From Fonticula-like sp. SCN 57-25 (lineage: Eukaryota), in NCBI GenBank assembly GCA_001724245.1, contig MEDX01000010.1, positions 1 to 64,000 on the forward strand: a DNA stretch of 64,000 bases, in the 5' to 3' direction. The notes beneath the pieces were generated by a model. That model saw only the letters and a program-made list of their open reading frames with translations, had not been told where the DNA came from and ran no database searches. Each line of letters opens with the position of its first letter. Within the stretch, counting starts at the first letter, position 1. Below, piece after piece: positions 49,870 through 62,800 of the stretch. The position numbers were made by a program, and so were the translations under genes.

Positions 49870-50296
49870 GGGTGGTCGCAGGCAAAGAGCAGTCGGTTGG
49901 CCACACAAAATGCAAACAAATGGTGGGAAGGGGGCGGGAAATGGAGGGAATGGACCACAAAGGGCGGCAAAACCTCATAAGGAGGGCAATATGACTATGC
50001 GTACCTCATATCACTCATGCTATAAACGATGACGAAGGCCCTTCGTTCGCACTATTTTCGCCGAAACACGAGTCACAATGACTTCACCCGCGTTTCGAAT
50101 TCGCGTCCGCTGTCCTGTTGGCTATGCGTCACAACGCGAATGAAGCTTCTCGACTCCTAACTCACAGGCATGTAGCACGCCTGCCGTGATCTACATGCAT
50201 GTGACATTCATGTGCTGACAACATTGCTGCAGCATTGTAGGAAGCGCAGTTCAAACTTGCCGCGACTTCTGTAGAAAAGGCAGTCGGCATCCAAAC

Positions 50297-51638
50297 ATGG
50301 CGACGGTGCACAGGCGGGCTTGGACGCCGGCGGTGATCCTGCTGGCGGCCTTGGCCGGTCTCTGCGCGGCTCAGACGCCGCTGACGCCCGGTGCTGCGCC
50401 GGTCACACAAACGCTCGCGCTCGCGACCGATACGGCCGATTTTTCTGCTGCGATGGGCACTGGTAGCAAGGTGCGCGCTCCCTTAGAACAGGGCCGACCA
50501 TTCCCGATGCTGATCGCGTGCCTTTTGTTACCCGATAGGCGGTTGTTGTTCTAGAGTCATGCACGGACGGCGCCGTCTTCACGGTGAGCGGCGGCGCGAG
50601 CCTCGCCGAAGCGACCGCCGGCGTGTCGGCGTGGGTTGTGTCTTCCAACTCTTCCGGGTACGCTCGCTTCGAGATCGACTCGTCGCTGCCTGCCACTCTT
50701 TACCTCCACGTGTCCACGGACACGGCCAACTCTGAGTTTTCCGTTGCCGTCGGCGTTGATGGCCCGGCGAGCATTGACATTGGCTCGAGCGTGCTGTGGC
50801 AGGGCGCTGCCTCGACATCGGCATCGGCGTCTGTGCGCACCGATGCGGCCGTGCAGTCCGCGTCCATGTTCCTTCTTCCAAATGTGACTTTGACCACCGG
50901 CACGTGGTCAAAGTGCGTGCTCGAGCAGACGTACACTGCGGTGGCGGCGACGATCGCGCTTACCTCCAACACGACGGAGGGCCTGACGTACACCGTCTCT
51001 TACAATTCTCTCGCCCTCGAAACGACCTACACGATCGTCATTGTGCTCACGGGCGTCGACGGCCAAGAGATCGTCATCCCCCCCTTTGAAGTGATCACGC
51101 TGCCCTGTACGCACTTCCTGTTTGCTTCCGTGATCGCTGACCTGGATTGTCTTAAATAGATGACGGATGCGCGTTCGTGTCCGATATGCCGTTTTGCGAG
51201 AATTTGCGCGGCGCCATGTACGTCGGCACGAGCACCGCTCTCGACATTGATGCGGACGCGGAAAGCTCGTTCAACAACTTTACACGGGCGCTCAGCGAGT
51301 ACAACTGCGACATCATGTACTCGCCCGTCCGCAACTGCTTCGACTGCCTCGCGGGGTACCAGGAGTGGGTCTGCCAGATCAAGTTCCAGGAGTGTTCCAG
51401 CAAGGTTGTTGACCCCGAGGCCCCGGCGCCGTTCAACTCCATCATCAGGCCGTGCGTGGACGTGTGCTGGAACACCCGCCAGAGCTGCCCGACCTTCCTC
51501 GGGTTCGAGTGCCCCATCCCGAATACGCCCGCGTTGCTCGAGACATACGGAGCGTGCAGCGCCGCCACGCGTACGGTGAGCGTGTCTATTGGCGTGCTCG
51601 CCATCGGCGCTGCGTTGCTCTCGGCACTGTTCGCTTGA
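50297..51638 (+). CDS. Mid1/NALF(FAM155)-like secreted cysteine-rich channel accessory protein
   Basis: Signal peptide. C-terminal YNCDIMYSPVRNCFDCLAGYQEWVCQIKFQEC...IRPCVDVCWNTRQSCPTFLGFECP has the Mid1/FAM155 Cys spacing. Hydrophobic C-terminal tail. Two introns. Confidence 0.85.
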
Positions 51639-51861
51639 CGAAGTCAAGATGTTGGTGACCGAGATCGTTGACGACGATGACGATGATGAAGATATTACCT
51701 TGCCGTTGCATCTCTGTTTTTCTTTCTTTTTTTTTCTATCGTTGGTAGTGCTTTTCTATGTACTCGCTGCGCACTGCTTTGTATCATATTGTAATTTTGC
51801 ATAAACTGAGAGAATACTTTTACTTCACTTGCTCTGATTCTGCTTTGGCCACGTGGTCGAG

Positions 51862-52705
51862 ATGGCGACCTGGGCGGTGGATGCTCTGCATGTGCGCCTG
51901 CTGGTCGTCGGCGAGCCGCACATGCGCACAGACAATGTCGACAGGCTAGCAGACATGCTGACGGAAGATATTGAGGAGCGGCAAATTGACGCCGTCATCG
52001 TGAGCGGCTCGATCGCGAATGAGGGCGGCGAGTTTGGTGCCGATCAGACGACGCTCATAGACGCCTTTGAGGGCATTGGCCCGCTCGTGATCTACCACCA
52101 GCGTACGCTTCTCTCTTCTTTTCCATCTGTGGTGAACATCAAACTTATGATGTGTGTTAGTTGGCGCCAAGCCTGTTCCACTTTCGCTGAACAGCGTCAA
52201 TGTTGACTCCAATCCTGTGACCATCTCTTCGCGCCTGGCCGTCCTGCATGACGACGCCATGATCCTTCACAATGCGCGCGACGGGCCAATGCTGCGCGAC
52301 GTGCGTCCGCCCAGTACGCCAATTGTGCTTGATCAGTCGCGGCGGCTTTGGACTGCGCCTCCAATGCCGCCGCCGCCGTCGACCGCTGGCGGCGCAGACG
52401 CCGGCATCCCATGGCCGACATCGCGGTGCCTCAGCCATCTGCTGTACATTGTTGGAGGGGACGAGTGGGGCATGGCAGAGCACGATGGCGACCTTCTCGT
52501 CGCGCCCGGTAGCTTTGACAAAGGGCGGTACGTGCTCGTGGACGTGTGCCGTCAGACGACGATGTCGCCGTGGGTACTGTCGCGCGTCCTGCTCGACTCG
52601 ATAGATGAGGCGAGGGCGCGGTGGTGGGACAAGCAGGGCGACATTGCCGCACGGCCACTGCCGGGCGACAGCGCGCTTTTTCCGTGGGACCATTCCGCTG
52701 CATAG
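51862..52705 (+). CDS. Degenerate calcineurin-like metallophosphoesterase-fold protein
   Basis: RLLVVGEPH (motif I), IDAVIVSGSI (motif II) and C-terminal LLVAPGSFDKGRYVLVDV. One intron at about 52103-52160. Confidence 0.6.
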
Positions 52706-52886
52706 AGCGGGAAAAGGCGCGCAATACGGCGCCTGGTCGGCATCATTGTATCACCTTCATTTTGTATATATAGAAGCATGTTCTTAATCACTTTTACGTT
52801 TTTCATCACAAAGGGAACAACAAAGGCCCATTTCTCAGTTCCATTCCGGTATTATTTCACATTAGATTGACATTGATACAAAAATT

Positions 52887-54955
52887 TTACAGTCGGCCGC
52901 TCAGGTCGAGTGTTTCGAGGTAGTCGAGCGCGGTCTCTAGGGTGGCAAAGGAGTACCCCTCGGCGCCCATCGTGGCCGACTCGTTCATAAACTCGCGCAC
53001 GAACGCGCTCTGCGAGCGAATGTACGCGGGGCACGCCTTGATGAGCACGTACGCCATGATCGGCAGCAGATCGTCGCATCCACTGAGGCAAGGTGAGACA
53101 AGGAAAGCAAAGGTGCGTGTCGTACACTGCCATGGCGTCGGTGCTAGTGTCCATTCCGCGCAGCGCCCAAAATTCATTGACGCAGTCAACGATTTCCTGT
53201 GCCACTTGCGCTATTTTCATATATATAAGCACTTGGAACGTGACAAATTGATAGAAAGCAGTGAACATGTCACAAAAAATCGTCCATACCTATCCTCGCC
53301 GCCTTTTCACTTGGCTTTACGTCGTCCGTGATTCTCGCCAATGTATCGATCGCCTTTTGGTACGGCCTCGGCGTGTCCTCTGGCTCAAACTCCTCCTCCT
53401 CCTGCGGCATCAAACAAAACTTTGTCCGAATGCCGAGGTCAACTGGCGTCGCCTCTGCGTACGCCAACGCCGCCGCCGCGAGCGCCGCGTCCGACTGCGC
53501 GTGCCGCACGCGATAGTACGCGAGCAACGCGCCGTGCGCCTCGCCAAACACGGCGTCCTCGACCATTGCAATCGAGCGGGCATTGAGCGCCTCGTTTCGC
53601 TCAATGTCGGGGAAGCGCTTAGTCAGCATGCCATGAACACGCACTGCACACGTAATCGATTTGGAGTCAGCATGGCAAACAGCAACAAAAAGGCCAATAA
53701 AAAGGGCGCACGGGCAATGCTGTGGACGCGCGCCTCGGCCATTGACACGGTCGCGTCGATCTCCTCGAGGGGATGGCCGCAAAGCGAGTCTGCCCCGGAC
53801 TCGGGAAAAGAGTCGGCAAAGGCGCGCAGCGAGTCGGCAAGAAAGGCGCCGATGGGGTGCGACGCGGAGCGGAGGAGGCTAGTGGCGAGGCGGAAGAAGC
53901 CGTCAAAGTCCTGCGGGCGGGTCTTGGCGAGCTTGGTGAGCTCGGTCTCGGCGTCCTGAAGGGCGGCATCGGCCTGCTGCTGGTGCATACTGGATAGATA
54001 TTAGACAAAAGGGTGCGGGAGTCAAGAGTCAAATGTGCCATAAAAGTGTCAAATGTCATAAAAGAGTCATAAAAATGCAATGAAAGAGTCTTAAACGCAC
54101 GCTTCAACTTGGAGAAGATGCGCCTTGCGCTGCTCCATTTGGGCGATGATGCTCTGTTGCTTCTCCTTTGCCAGCTGCATGTTTTCAGTCAGTGTCCGCA
54201 TCAGCGTCGTTTGCTGCACCACGCTCAGTTAGCAGGCACCAAAAAAAAGACTCGGCGCACCATGCTCGACCGCGCAGCGCCGGTCAGGTTGGCCATGCGC
54301 GCCTGGTATGCGCGCAGGATCTCCTTGTTGCGCTTCTGCGCCTGTCGGACCGGCTCGTAGGCAAGGTCAATCTCGGACAGCGAGCCGCTCGCGGACTGCA
54401 CGCTGGGGGTGGGCGACGCGGCCGTCGGCGTCCGCGCGAAGCCATTGTCCGTTGACGACCGCGAAATGAGGCTCGCGGGAGACGTGGCGAGCGGCAGCGG
54501 CGAAGAGGCGGTTCGATGCTCGGCCGCCGATCCGGACATCGAATGGTGATCGCCAGACGACATGACGCTCGAGCGAGACAGCGACAAGGAAGAAGTCGAG
54601 GAAGAAAGAGACTCGAGCTTTGGTGCAGGACCCGATGACTGCGCAGTGGATGACGGCGCGGTGGGCGCGGTCGATGCCGAGGCCGACGCCAGCGCAGCCT
54701 CGGCGCGATCAATGCAATTGCGCATCATCTTGAATAGGCGCGCGGCGTGCGGCACCGACAACGTGCCTTCCTCGTGCGACACCTGCTTGCTCTCCCCCAG
54801 CTTTTGTACGATCGCGCTCACTGCTTCAAGGTACTTTGAATAGGCGGGCTGCAAGGGGTTAGCAATGACGACAGTAGCAGATGCGCGCATACTATGGTGT
54901 GGCCGTCGCTGTCCAGCGAGAGGGCCTCATCAAGCACCTGCTTGATGGTTCCCAT
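52887..54955 (-). CDS. VPS9D1-like Rab GEF (MIT-like N-terminus + VPS9 domain)
   Basis: PYQKAIDTL, PSEK, GCDDLLPIMAYVLIKA and GAEGYSFATLETAL. N-terminal ALSLDSDG...AYSKYL...CIDRA. Multiple introns; the start is uncertain. Confidence 0.88.
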
Positions 54956-55058
54956 GGCGCCGGCCGTGCTTCCACGTCGCGTCAACCTCAAACACAAACA
55001 CGGTTGAAACAAAGACGTGTCTCGATTGGGAAATCACCGGCAACTTTTCCCGCCAAAA

Positions 55059-55314
55059 ATGGACCACGACGGCGCGGATGCCGCTGGAAAGGCAGGAGAA
55101 AAGGCGACGGCGGGGGCACCCGAGGCCGACGTCAAGGAGTGGAGCACGTTGAGCGGAGACGCAATTAGAGGTAAACAATTATTTAACGACAAGTCAACGA
55201 ATACGACTTTTGTTTCGGCAGATGACGGCTCCGTACGCACCCACGATGCCGTGCATCCCTCGGCTTACCATTGCCGATTAGGTCGTTGTTATTTTCGGCG
55301 GTGAGAAACAGTGA
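55059..55314 (+). CDS. Candidate spliced microprotein (about 51 aa)
   Basis: Exons 55059-55170, 55222-55232 and 55282-55314 are joined by GT-AG introns of typical length and give MDHDGADAAGKAGEKATAGAPEADVKEWSTLSGDAIRDDGSVVVIFGGEKQ*. Confidence 0.45.
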
Positions 55315-55469
55315 CGTGTTCTCTACGCATTATGTGACTATGCTGTGTATTATTTGTATATACTCTTTGGCGGCGTGCGATCTCTTTCGACTGGGCGATC
55401 CTCTTTCATTTGTAAAACGAAAAATGGCGATGTACATTACTTAAATAAACCCATAACAAAAGCAATATT

Positions 55470-56442
55470 TTATAGCTGAGCGCACGAGTGAATGGGCTCT
55501 GATGGCGACATATCAAAGGGCAGAAGGACGGATATGCTCGGAGTGACTGTCGTGACGCAGTGCCACCAGAACGGCGGCGTATAAATGAGGTCTCCTCCGG
55601 TGACTGCCGTCTCATAGCGCGTCGCCTCCGCCACGCGCGGGTGCTTTCTCCTCTCCTCTTCGTCCCCCGCCAGCCACCGATCGAGCTGCACCTTGCTGCT
55701 CAGCGGGTTCGGGTCCACGCTCGATGCCGGGTACAGCGACCGAAAGTCATCCGGCTCAAAGTAGCTCCACTGCTTCTCCCCAGTCACCTGGACGAGGAAG
55801 CCGTGGCAGAGGTCAAAGTGCAGCGGCGTAATGTTGCCCGACGACGACATCCAGACACCGCAGTTGGCCAGCTTGAACCCGCTCTCGACGCCGGTAAGAT
55901 CGTGCGGCAGATCCATGTCGGCGAGGAACTCGGGCAGCAGGGGGAGGCGGCAGTAGATCCGCCGCGAGGCCTGCTCGGGCGTCGGACGGAAAATGTGGTC
56001 AATTACGTCGCGGTAAAACATTTCTTCAGTGTCGCAGAGCGCGAGTTTGAAAAAGTGGCAGTTGTCCTTGGCGACGAGCACGGTCACGCGGTGATCCGCA
56101 GGCAAAAGGCCGCCGAGGTAGTCGAGATCGAGCCACTTTTGCCAACAACGTCAACAAAAACAAAATGAAATAATTAAAACGCACTTTTTGCATGGCAGGC
56201 CATGAGCGAGCAAGCTCCGTGAGCTTCACCGGACGGCGATGGCGGAAGCGCGTGTTGAAATCGTCGCTTGACACGGTCGCCTGCTCGAGCACCTTTGACG
56301 CAGCGTTGGCATCAACAGACGCTGGGAGAATCCCTAAACAACAAATAAGATGAATACAAATGCGGCACAGCTCACGCGTACCCCCATCCGTGTCGCCCCC
56401 GCTGCCCAGCCCAAGCAGGTCCTCCAGATCGCTCTCGCCCAT
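55470..56442 (-). CDS. JmjC-only (cupin_8) 2-oxoglutarate/Fe(II) hydroxylase
   Basis: RPVKL...SWPAMQKW, VWMSS...TPLHFD (HxD), QVTGEK and GDLIYTPPFWWHCV. Two introns. Confidence 0.9.
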
Positions 56443-56820
56443 GGTGGTCCGAAAGCGCGGGAAAATCACGTGAACTGACGTCATCATCAGCTTTGTCGAT
56501 TTTACGGCGTCGGTTTTTTCGCTTTCTATGTGTCCTTTTCGGCAATTCTCTATCAATAATATACATACTCGATGCCCTTTCGGCAATTCTTTGTCGACAA
56601 CATATATTCAAACACACTCGCTCAGTCGCCGGAATCACATGGCGCACACATGCACTACCTACACGGTTGCCTATCAAGCACTGATCTGCCGGGCGTGTCA
56701 CCGACGACCGCCGCGACAGCGAGACACCAAAAACGAGACATTTGTTTAAAAAAAGGGTGAGAAAATCACAAGACACTACTTGACAAAAATGGGTATGGAT
56801 GGGATACTGCACAATGCAAA

Positions 56821-57876
56821 CTACTGCTGGACATGCGGGATAGCGAGCATGCTAATTGCGGCCGCGGCCGCGCTTGCCGTCGCGTCGGCGTTTGCCTTGA
56901 TTTGCGCGTACGAGTCTTGCGCGGCGGTCTGCGAGGACGCCTGCATGGACGACGACAAGGGCCCCTGCTCCTGGCGCGCCTTGAGGTAGGCGACCATCTC
57001 GAGCTCGTTCCTCGTCTTGTCGCCCTCGGCGAGCTCCTCGAACGGCCGCCGCTGCTCGGCCGTCATGTCGTTCCAGCGCTTGCCCACAAGCCGCCCAATG
57101 TCACCAAAATTGGTGCCCGGGTTCGCCTGCACGATAAGCGGGCGCACCGACGTCATGAAAAAGGCGTAGGACGAGCGGGCCTTCTTGGGCGCCTTTGGGT
57201 CCTTCTTCCGGCGGCTGCCGCGGCCGTTCTCACGGGGGCGCTCATAGTACGCCATTTCCATCTGGTAGCGGTCCTTGTCGGCATTCGCGCGCGCAATGTA
57301 GAGCTGAGGGCAACAGGAAGAGAGAGTCAGCATAAGGAGGATCAGCATCACGGGGCGCACCTGGCGCGTCTCGTCGGGCAGCGAGGCCCACAGGCGGCCC
57401 ACCTGGCGGCCAATGTCGCCAAAGCTGAGGTGTGAATTCGATGCCGCCACGCGGTCGCGCACGTCCTTCATGAAGAAAAGGTACGGCGTCACGGGCTTCT
57501 TTGGCCGCATCGGATCCTATCGCCCCCGCAATCAGCACAGGGAAAGCGCTGCAAGAAGTAAAAGTACCTTGAACTTGCGCGCGCCGCGGCGCCGCTTGTT
57601 GGACGAATAGTCGTCTTCGTCGTCCCTCTCGTCCTCCGAGTCGCTCGACAATTTCCCCTCGGCATGGTGGTGGTGCTTGTCCATGTCGGGGTTCATGATG
57701 CCTCCCTGCCGCATGCCGTCGAGCATGCCGTCGTCGGCCATCTCATTAATCCCGCGCTTGCGTGGCGGCGACAACATGCCCGCCGTTGTCGCTGTTGCCG
57801 CCGCCGCCACTGCGGCCGCTGCATTCACTATAATATTCGCCGCTGATGCTAGCGGCCCTGTCGGCCGAGCCTGCAT
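56821..57876 (-). CDS. Protein with two HMG boxes
   Basis: KDPMRPKKPVTPYLFF...FGDIGRQVGRLW and KDPKAPKKARSSYAFF...VGKRW. The start is uncertain because an acceptor-like AG precedes the ATG. Confidence 0.9.
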
Positions 57877-58348
57877 CCTGTCAACAACCAACCCGTCGTT
57901 GGGAGAGGAAAAGCGCGGGCAATGGCAGGGTCGGTTTCGCGTCCGTCACGTCCGTCTGCGTCCGTCTGCTAATCTCATTGTGACAGGGCTGTAGGAAACT
58001 TGTGGCCAATCGCGTGCGTCCATAACTTGACCTTTCCGCTTTTTTTCCTCCTCGTGATAGGGAAACTACTTTTGGTGGCGGCCTTAGGAAAGGTGCGTGG
58101 CGGCTGGCTCCGAGGGAGTGGGAAAGGGAAAGGGCTCTGAGCGGCGTCCGTGTGCGCCGCGCGCTCTCCTATTTGCTGCAAATATTTAGCAGCGTTATCC
58201 TTTATTTCCTGTGGCTTGCCCATTATTTTCTTTCACCCTTTGCCGTTTGAGCATTGGATTCTGTTGTTGGACGGACGGTGGCCGTCCTGTTCCTCCCCAT
58301 CGGGATCGCTCGTTATCTGCGTTACTGACCTGCCCCGCTGTGTAGACC

Positions 58349-59550
58349 ATGTTTAACAGGTTGCTTGGGTCGTACCGCACTGCGAGCGCGACGGCTACGG
58401 CGGCTGCCGCTGGCGGCGTCCTTTTCCACGTTGCCTTCAACAGCACGTCGTACTCGGACGATGCGCTCCACACGGCGCAGTACCCGTGGTCGCACCGTGG
58501 TCCTCTTTCGACCTATGACCACGCCAGGTGCGTCCCTTTGTCTCTATTCACTTTGCGCGGTGTTTAATATGCGATCCCGCCTTTTTCAGTCTGCGCCGCG
58601 GTTTCGAGGTGTACAAGCAGGTCTGCGGCGCTTGCCACGGTATCAGCCGCATCGCCTACCGCAACCTCATCGGCGTCACGCACACGCTTGAGGAGGCCAA
58701 GGCTCTCGCAGAGGAGGTCGAGTACGAGGACGGCCCGGATGAGAACGGCGATATGTTCAAGCGCCCCGGAAAGGTGCGCATCATGCTTCAAATAACGATG
58801 TCTTTTTTGAGTGGAGTAAACCGCCTTTTGTGCATATGTGTTGTGAATTGTGGCCTTTTGGCGCATTTGCTTTAATGGCGTGACATGATTTGCGTCGGCA
58901 TTCCCATTGCCATGTGCTTACAAATACGCCATGTACTTGTTTTACTTGCGTATATTTTGGCACCTTTTCGGTCTGTTTCATGCTTGTTTTGTATCATTTT
59001 GGTCTCTTTTTCCTTGTCCTCTTGTCAACCAGTCTCTCTTTGCCTTCTCTTCCCACTTTGCCGCCCTCTGCTGACTCATGTCGATCAGCTTTCCGACTAC
59101 ATGCAGGAGCCCTACCCGAATGAGAATGCCGCTCGTGCCGCCAACAATGGCGCGTACCCCCCGGACCTCAGCCTGATCACCAAGGCTCGCCACGGCGGCG
59201 AGGACTATGTCTTTGCGCTGCTCACTGGCTACTGCGAGCCCCCGGCCGGCATTGAGATCCGCGAGGGCCTGCACTACAACCCGTACTTTGCCGGCGGCGC
59301 CATCGGCATGGCCAAGCAGCTCTTTGACGGCATGGTCGACTATGAGGACGGCACGCCCAATAACGCGTCGCAGCTCGCCAAGGACGTCTCGACCTTCCTC
59401 GCGTGGGTCGCCGAGCCCGAGATGGAGGACCGCAAGCTCATGGGCCTCCGCACCCTCCTCATCCTCGGCTCGCTCCTCCCCGTCGCCTGGTACTACAAGC
59501 GCTTCAAGTGGGCCACGCTCAAGTCCCGCAAGATCGTGTACAAGCCGTGA
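58349..59550 (+). CDS. CYC1: Mitochondrial cytochrome c1
   Basis: [21 protein letters not shown] (CXXCH), [24 protein letters not shown] and C-terminal TM followed by KSRKIVYKP. Two introns. Confidence 0.98.
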
Positions 59551-59871
59551 ACGATGACCGCTTGGGACTCGTAGTATACACAAACTCATATTTGAATTGT
59601 CAAAATCTTGGAAATACTATTAATTTACATCACTTTACTGTGTGCAGAAAGAGAATGGCGCATTTTGCCATTGACACTTTTGTGCTTATTTACCTTGAAA
59701 TTGTCACATTCAGTCATGATTTGCTTCATCGAAAAATGCATTTTGTAAGAGATTGCGAGTACAACAGAGAAAACCAAAGCAAAAAACAAGCGAATATAAA
59801 ATTAATCACACTTCGTGCAAGCAACAGCATCTTTTGCTGCCAATCATATATGAATCGACATTTAAACCGCC

Positions 59872-62800
59872 CTAAACGGGGTCCATTGAGAGCGCCTGCG
59901 CCAGCTTCTCGAGCTCGGCCAGCAAATTCTTGTTGCTCTCGAGCGAGTCCCTCTGGAACACCCCCGTGACCAGATCCCCCTCCTGCCCGTCCTTGCCCAC
60001 GGCCTTTTCCGACCTCAAAAAGATGGTGACGTCAGCAGTAAACAGCGGGAAGACGGGCGACCCGCAGGCCACGAGGTACCCGGCCGTCCGCGCGAGCGAC
60101 TTTACGAGCACCGCCGTGTCGGCCGCCGCCATCCGCGGGTGCGCCTGAAGGTACTTGTTGAACAGAGCCCACACGGCGTTCCACGTGGCCGTCTCAACTT
60201 GTGGCCCAACCGTCGCACTGGAATGCACAGTCAGTAAATGCCTTTTTTCATCCCTTTTTTGGCAATAAAAAGAGGCGTACCGAGCGGTGCGGTTGGCGGC
60301 AAAGGAGACGGCGCACATGCAAAAGAGCATGCGCTCGATGTCGCGGACGCTGAGGAGCGTCGGCGCGGCAAAAGCGGCGGGCGGGGCGACGCTCGCGACC
60401 ATGGAGGCGAAGACGGTGCTGCGCTCGCTGACGACCATGTGGTCCTCAGAGTGGGTCGGGCGGAGGCAGATGCCGAGCCAGACCCACATCATGAGGCGGA
60501 TGCTCGCGGCGGGGTTCTGGCCCTTCTGTGAAAGGAAAGAAATGTGTCAGTAAACACGTAAAAAGAAGGCCGGAAAGAGACAGGTGAAGTGCATAAAATG
60601 AAAATATACAAACACAGAAAGATAGAAAACAACAGCATGAACACACAAAAAGTATATACACACAAAACAACATACACTACAATATACACCACACGATACA
60701 CAATATCGCACCTCGTCGTAGCGGAACACCTTGGCACGCTCAAAGACGACCTTGTCCGTGCACCACATCTCGCCGAGCAGCGACCCCAACGTGCGCCCCA
60801 GTCTGTAAAACGCCGGGTCCGCACTCGCCTTGAAGAGCGTCGCAAAGTGCGCGGTAAACTCGATAATGTCCTCCATGAGCTTTGTTGACGCGCGCCTGCA
60901 AAAGAGATGCTCCCTAAAGAGCAGCTGCTTGGCGAGCAAGTTTGCATCGAGCGCCGGCAGCTCCTGCACCTCTTGAAAGTCGAGCAGGTCGATCTGCAGC
61001 ACCTGCACGACAGCGCAGATTGCCTGCGGCGAGAGCGCGTACTTGCTTCCCTTTGCGGCCGCCTTGAGCACCGACGCGACGGCCTGCTGGAGCGACCCGC
61101 AGAACGGGTTTGGCTTGTACTGCGAGCGGTCGGCGACGATGTCGTCAATGCCGCTGAGCGACGCCTTGCTGCCGCCGAGCGACGTCTTGCTGCCGCTGGC
61201 GCCCTCGCCGAGCGGCACGATGGGGCTGCTCGCCGACGGCGCCATGCGCGCCGCGTTCTCGTCGCGGACGTGCGACGCGTGCGCGAGCATAACGTCGGCG
61301 AGCGACTCGACTGACATGAGGCCCTGGCGGCACGCAAACTGGATGAGCCCCGCGGCGGCCTGCATGAGCGGCTTGTGCGCCGACGTGGCCGTCTCGGCGC
61401 CCAGCGTGCGGTGGCTCAAGGTGGCCGCCATCTGCAACTGCGCGAGCTGCGCGAGGCGGTGGCGGCGCTCGACGACCGCGCAAATGTGCAGCATGACAGA
61501 GACGTCGGGCGCGCCGCCGTCGGGCTTGCTGAAGCGCATCTTGTACATGTTGACAAACTGCGCCGCGTGCTGCGCCGTGCTGTCGGCCTCGGCGAGCTCG
61601 TACTCGGGCGACTGCTTGCGGCGCGGCGGCTCCTCCTCAAGGAAGCGAAGCATGTTGGTCGCGAGGGCAAGCCACTGCGAGTACTCGGAGTTGACAACGC
61701 CGCCGCGGCTGATCGTGCCCGAAGCCTTGAGGCCGCTCCGCACCCAGCCCTTGTTCGAGCTCGACAGCGCAATCTGTGCATTGCCGAAAACGTCGCGCAC
61801 AATGTGCTCGGAAAGGCGGCGCATCTGGCCCTCGTGCTGGTGCGCGTGGTCGGCGGACTCGTCCAGCGTAAGGACGCGGCGCAGAATAAAGGCAAGGTCG
61901 TAGGAGATGGTCGCGCGCGGGGCCTTGGAGATGAGGCGCGTGTTCTCGGTCGACTTTGACGCGAGCTGGTCGTCGCTCGCGCTCGGAGAGGTGGCCGCAT
62001 CGCCGTCGTCGAGCGACATGGGCGGCGGCGGAACGTACGACGGCGGGCGCGTGCTCAGGCGGTACACGTAGTAGTGGTCGGGAATGCCCTGCTCCTCCTT
62101 GAAGGCGTGCACAAAGAGGCACGGGACGTGGCCAAACTTGAAGAAGGCGTTGCGGAAGAACTCGACAGCTGCAGCACAACGTCAGTGGCCAGTCAAAATG
62201 GTATGTATGGCGGGCGCCATGTGCGTACCGCGCGTGCAGAGCGTGTTCTTGCGCTTGACGTTGAGCGGCGTGATCAGCTGGCCAAACACGCCGAGCTGGA
62301 CCTTGAGCAGCGACAGCGCAATCGGGGGGAGCTCAAGGATGGAGGTGAACACGGCGATAATCGTCTATAAAAGCACGCAAAATTAGCATAATTAGATATC
62401 GCAAAAGAGCTCGCGGCAGCACGTACGAGCTTGTTGTCCTCGCTGCACTCTGCATTCGTGGCGAAAAAGTTGAGCAGCTCGCGCGCGCACGTCTTCAAAA
62501 GCGAGCGCGTCGTCTCTGCCCTGTCTCTCTTGTCGCTGCTGCGCCTGTCGAGCAGGGCGGCAAACTCGGGCTCGTACTTGTAGAGCAGGATCAGCAGCGC
62601 GTTTAGGGCGCTGCGCAGCTCGGCGTGCGTCATGCAAGCAAGGTTGCTGCGGTTGAAAATGGAGAGGATATTGTCCGCAAAGCAGTTGAACGGCGACTCT
62701 GGCTCGCCCGCCAGCTGCCTGCCGCCAGACTCGCGCGCGACAACGATGGAGCCGGCGTCCAGGATGTCGGCGAGGCCCTGCAAAAAGGCGACAAGCATCT

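Noticed and set aside
55470-55481. PTS1-like C-termini of the JmjC protein (AQL), SGNH hydrolase (GKL) and VPS9 protein (GRL)
   Set aside because: These are weak variants without supportive upstream context, and the SGNH protein has a signal peptide.
60527-60710. Long intron in the UNC79-like gene
   Set aside because: It is TG/T-rich low-complexity sequence with no box motifs or internal AG|GT site.
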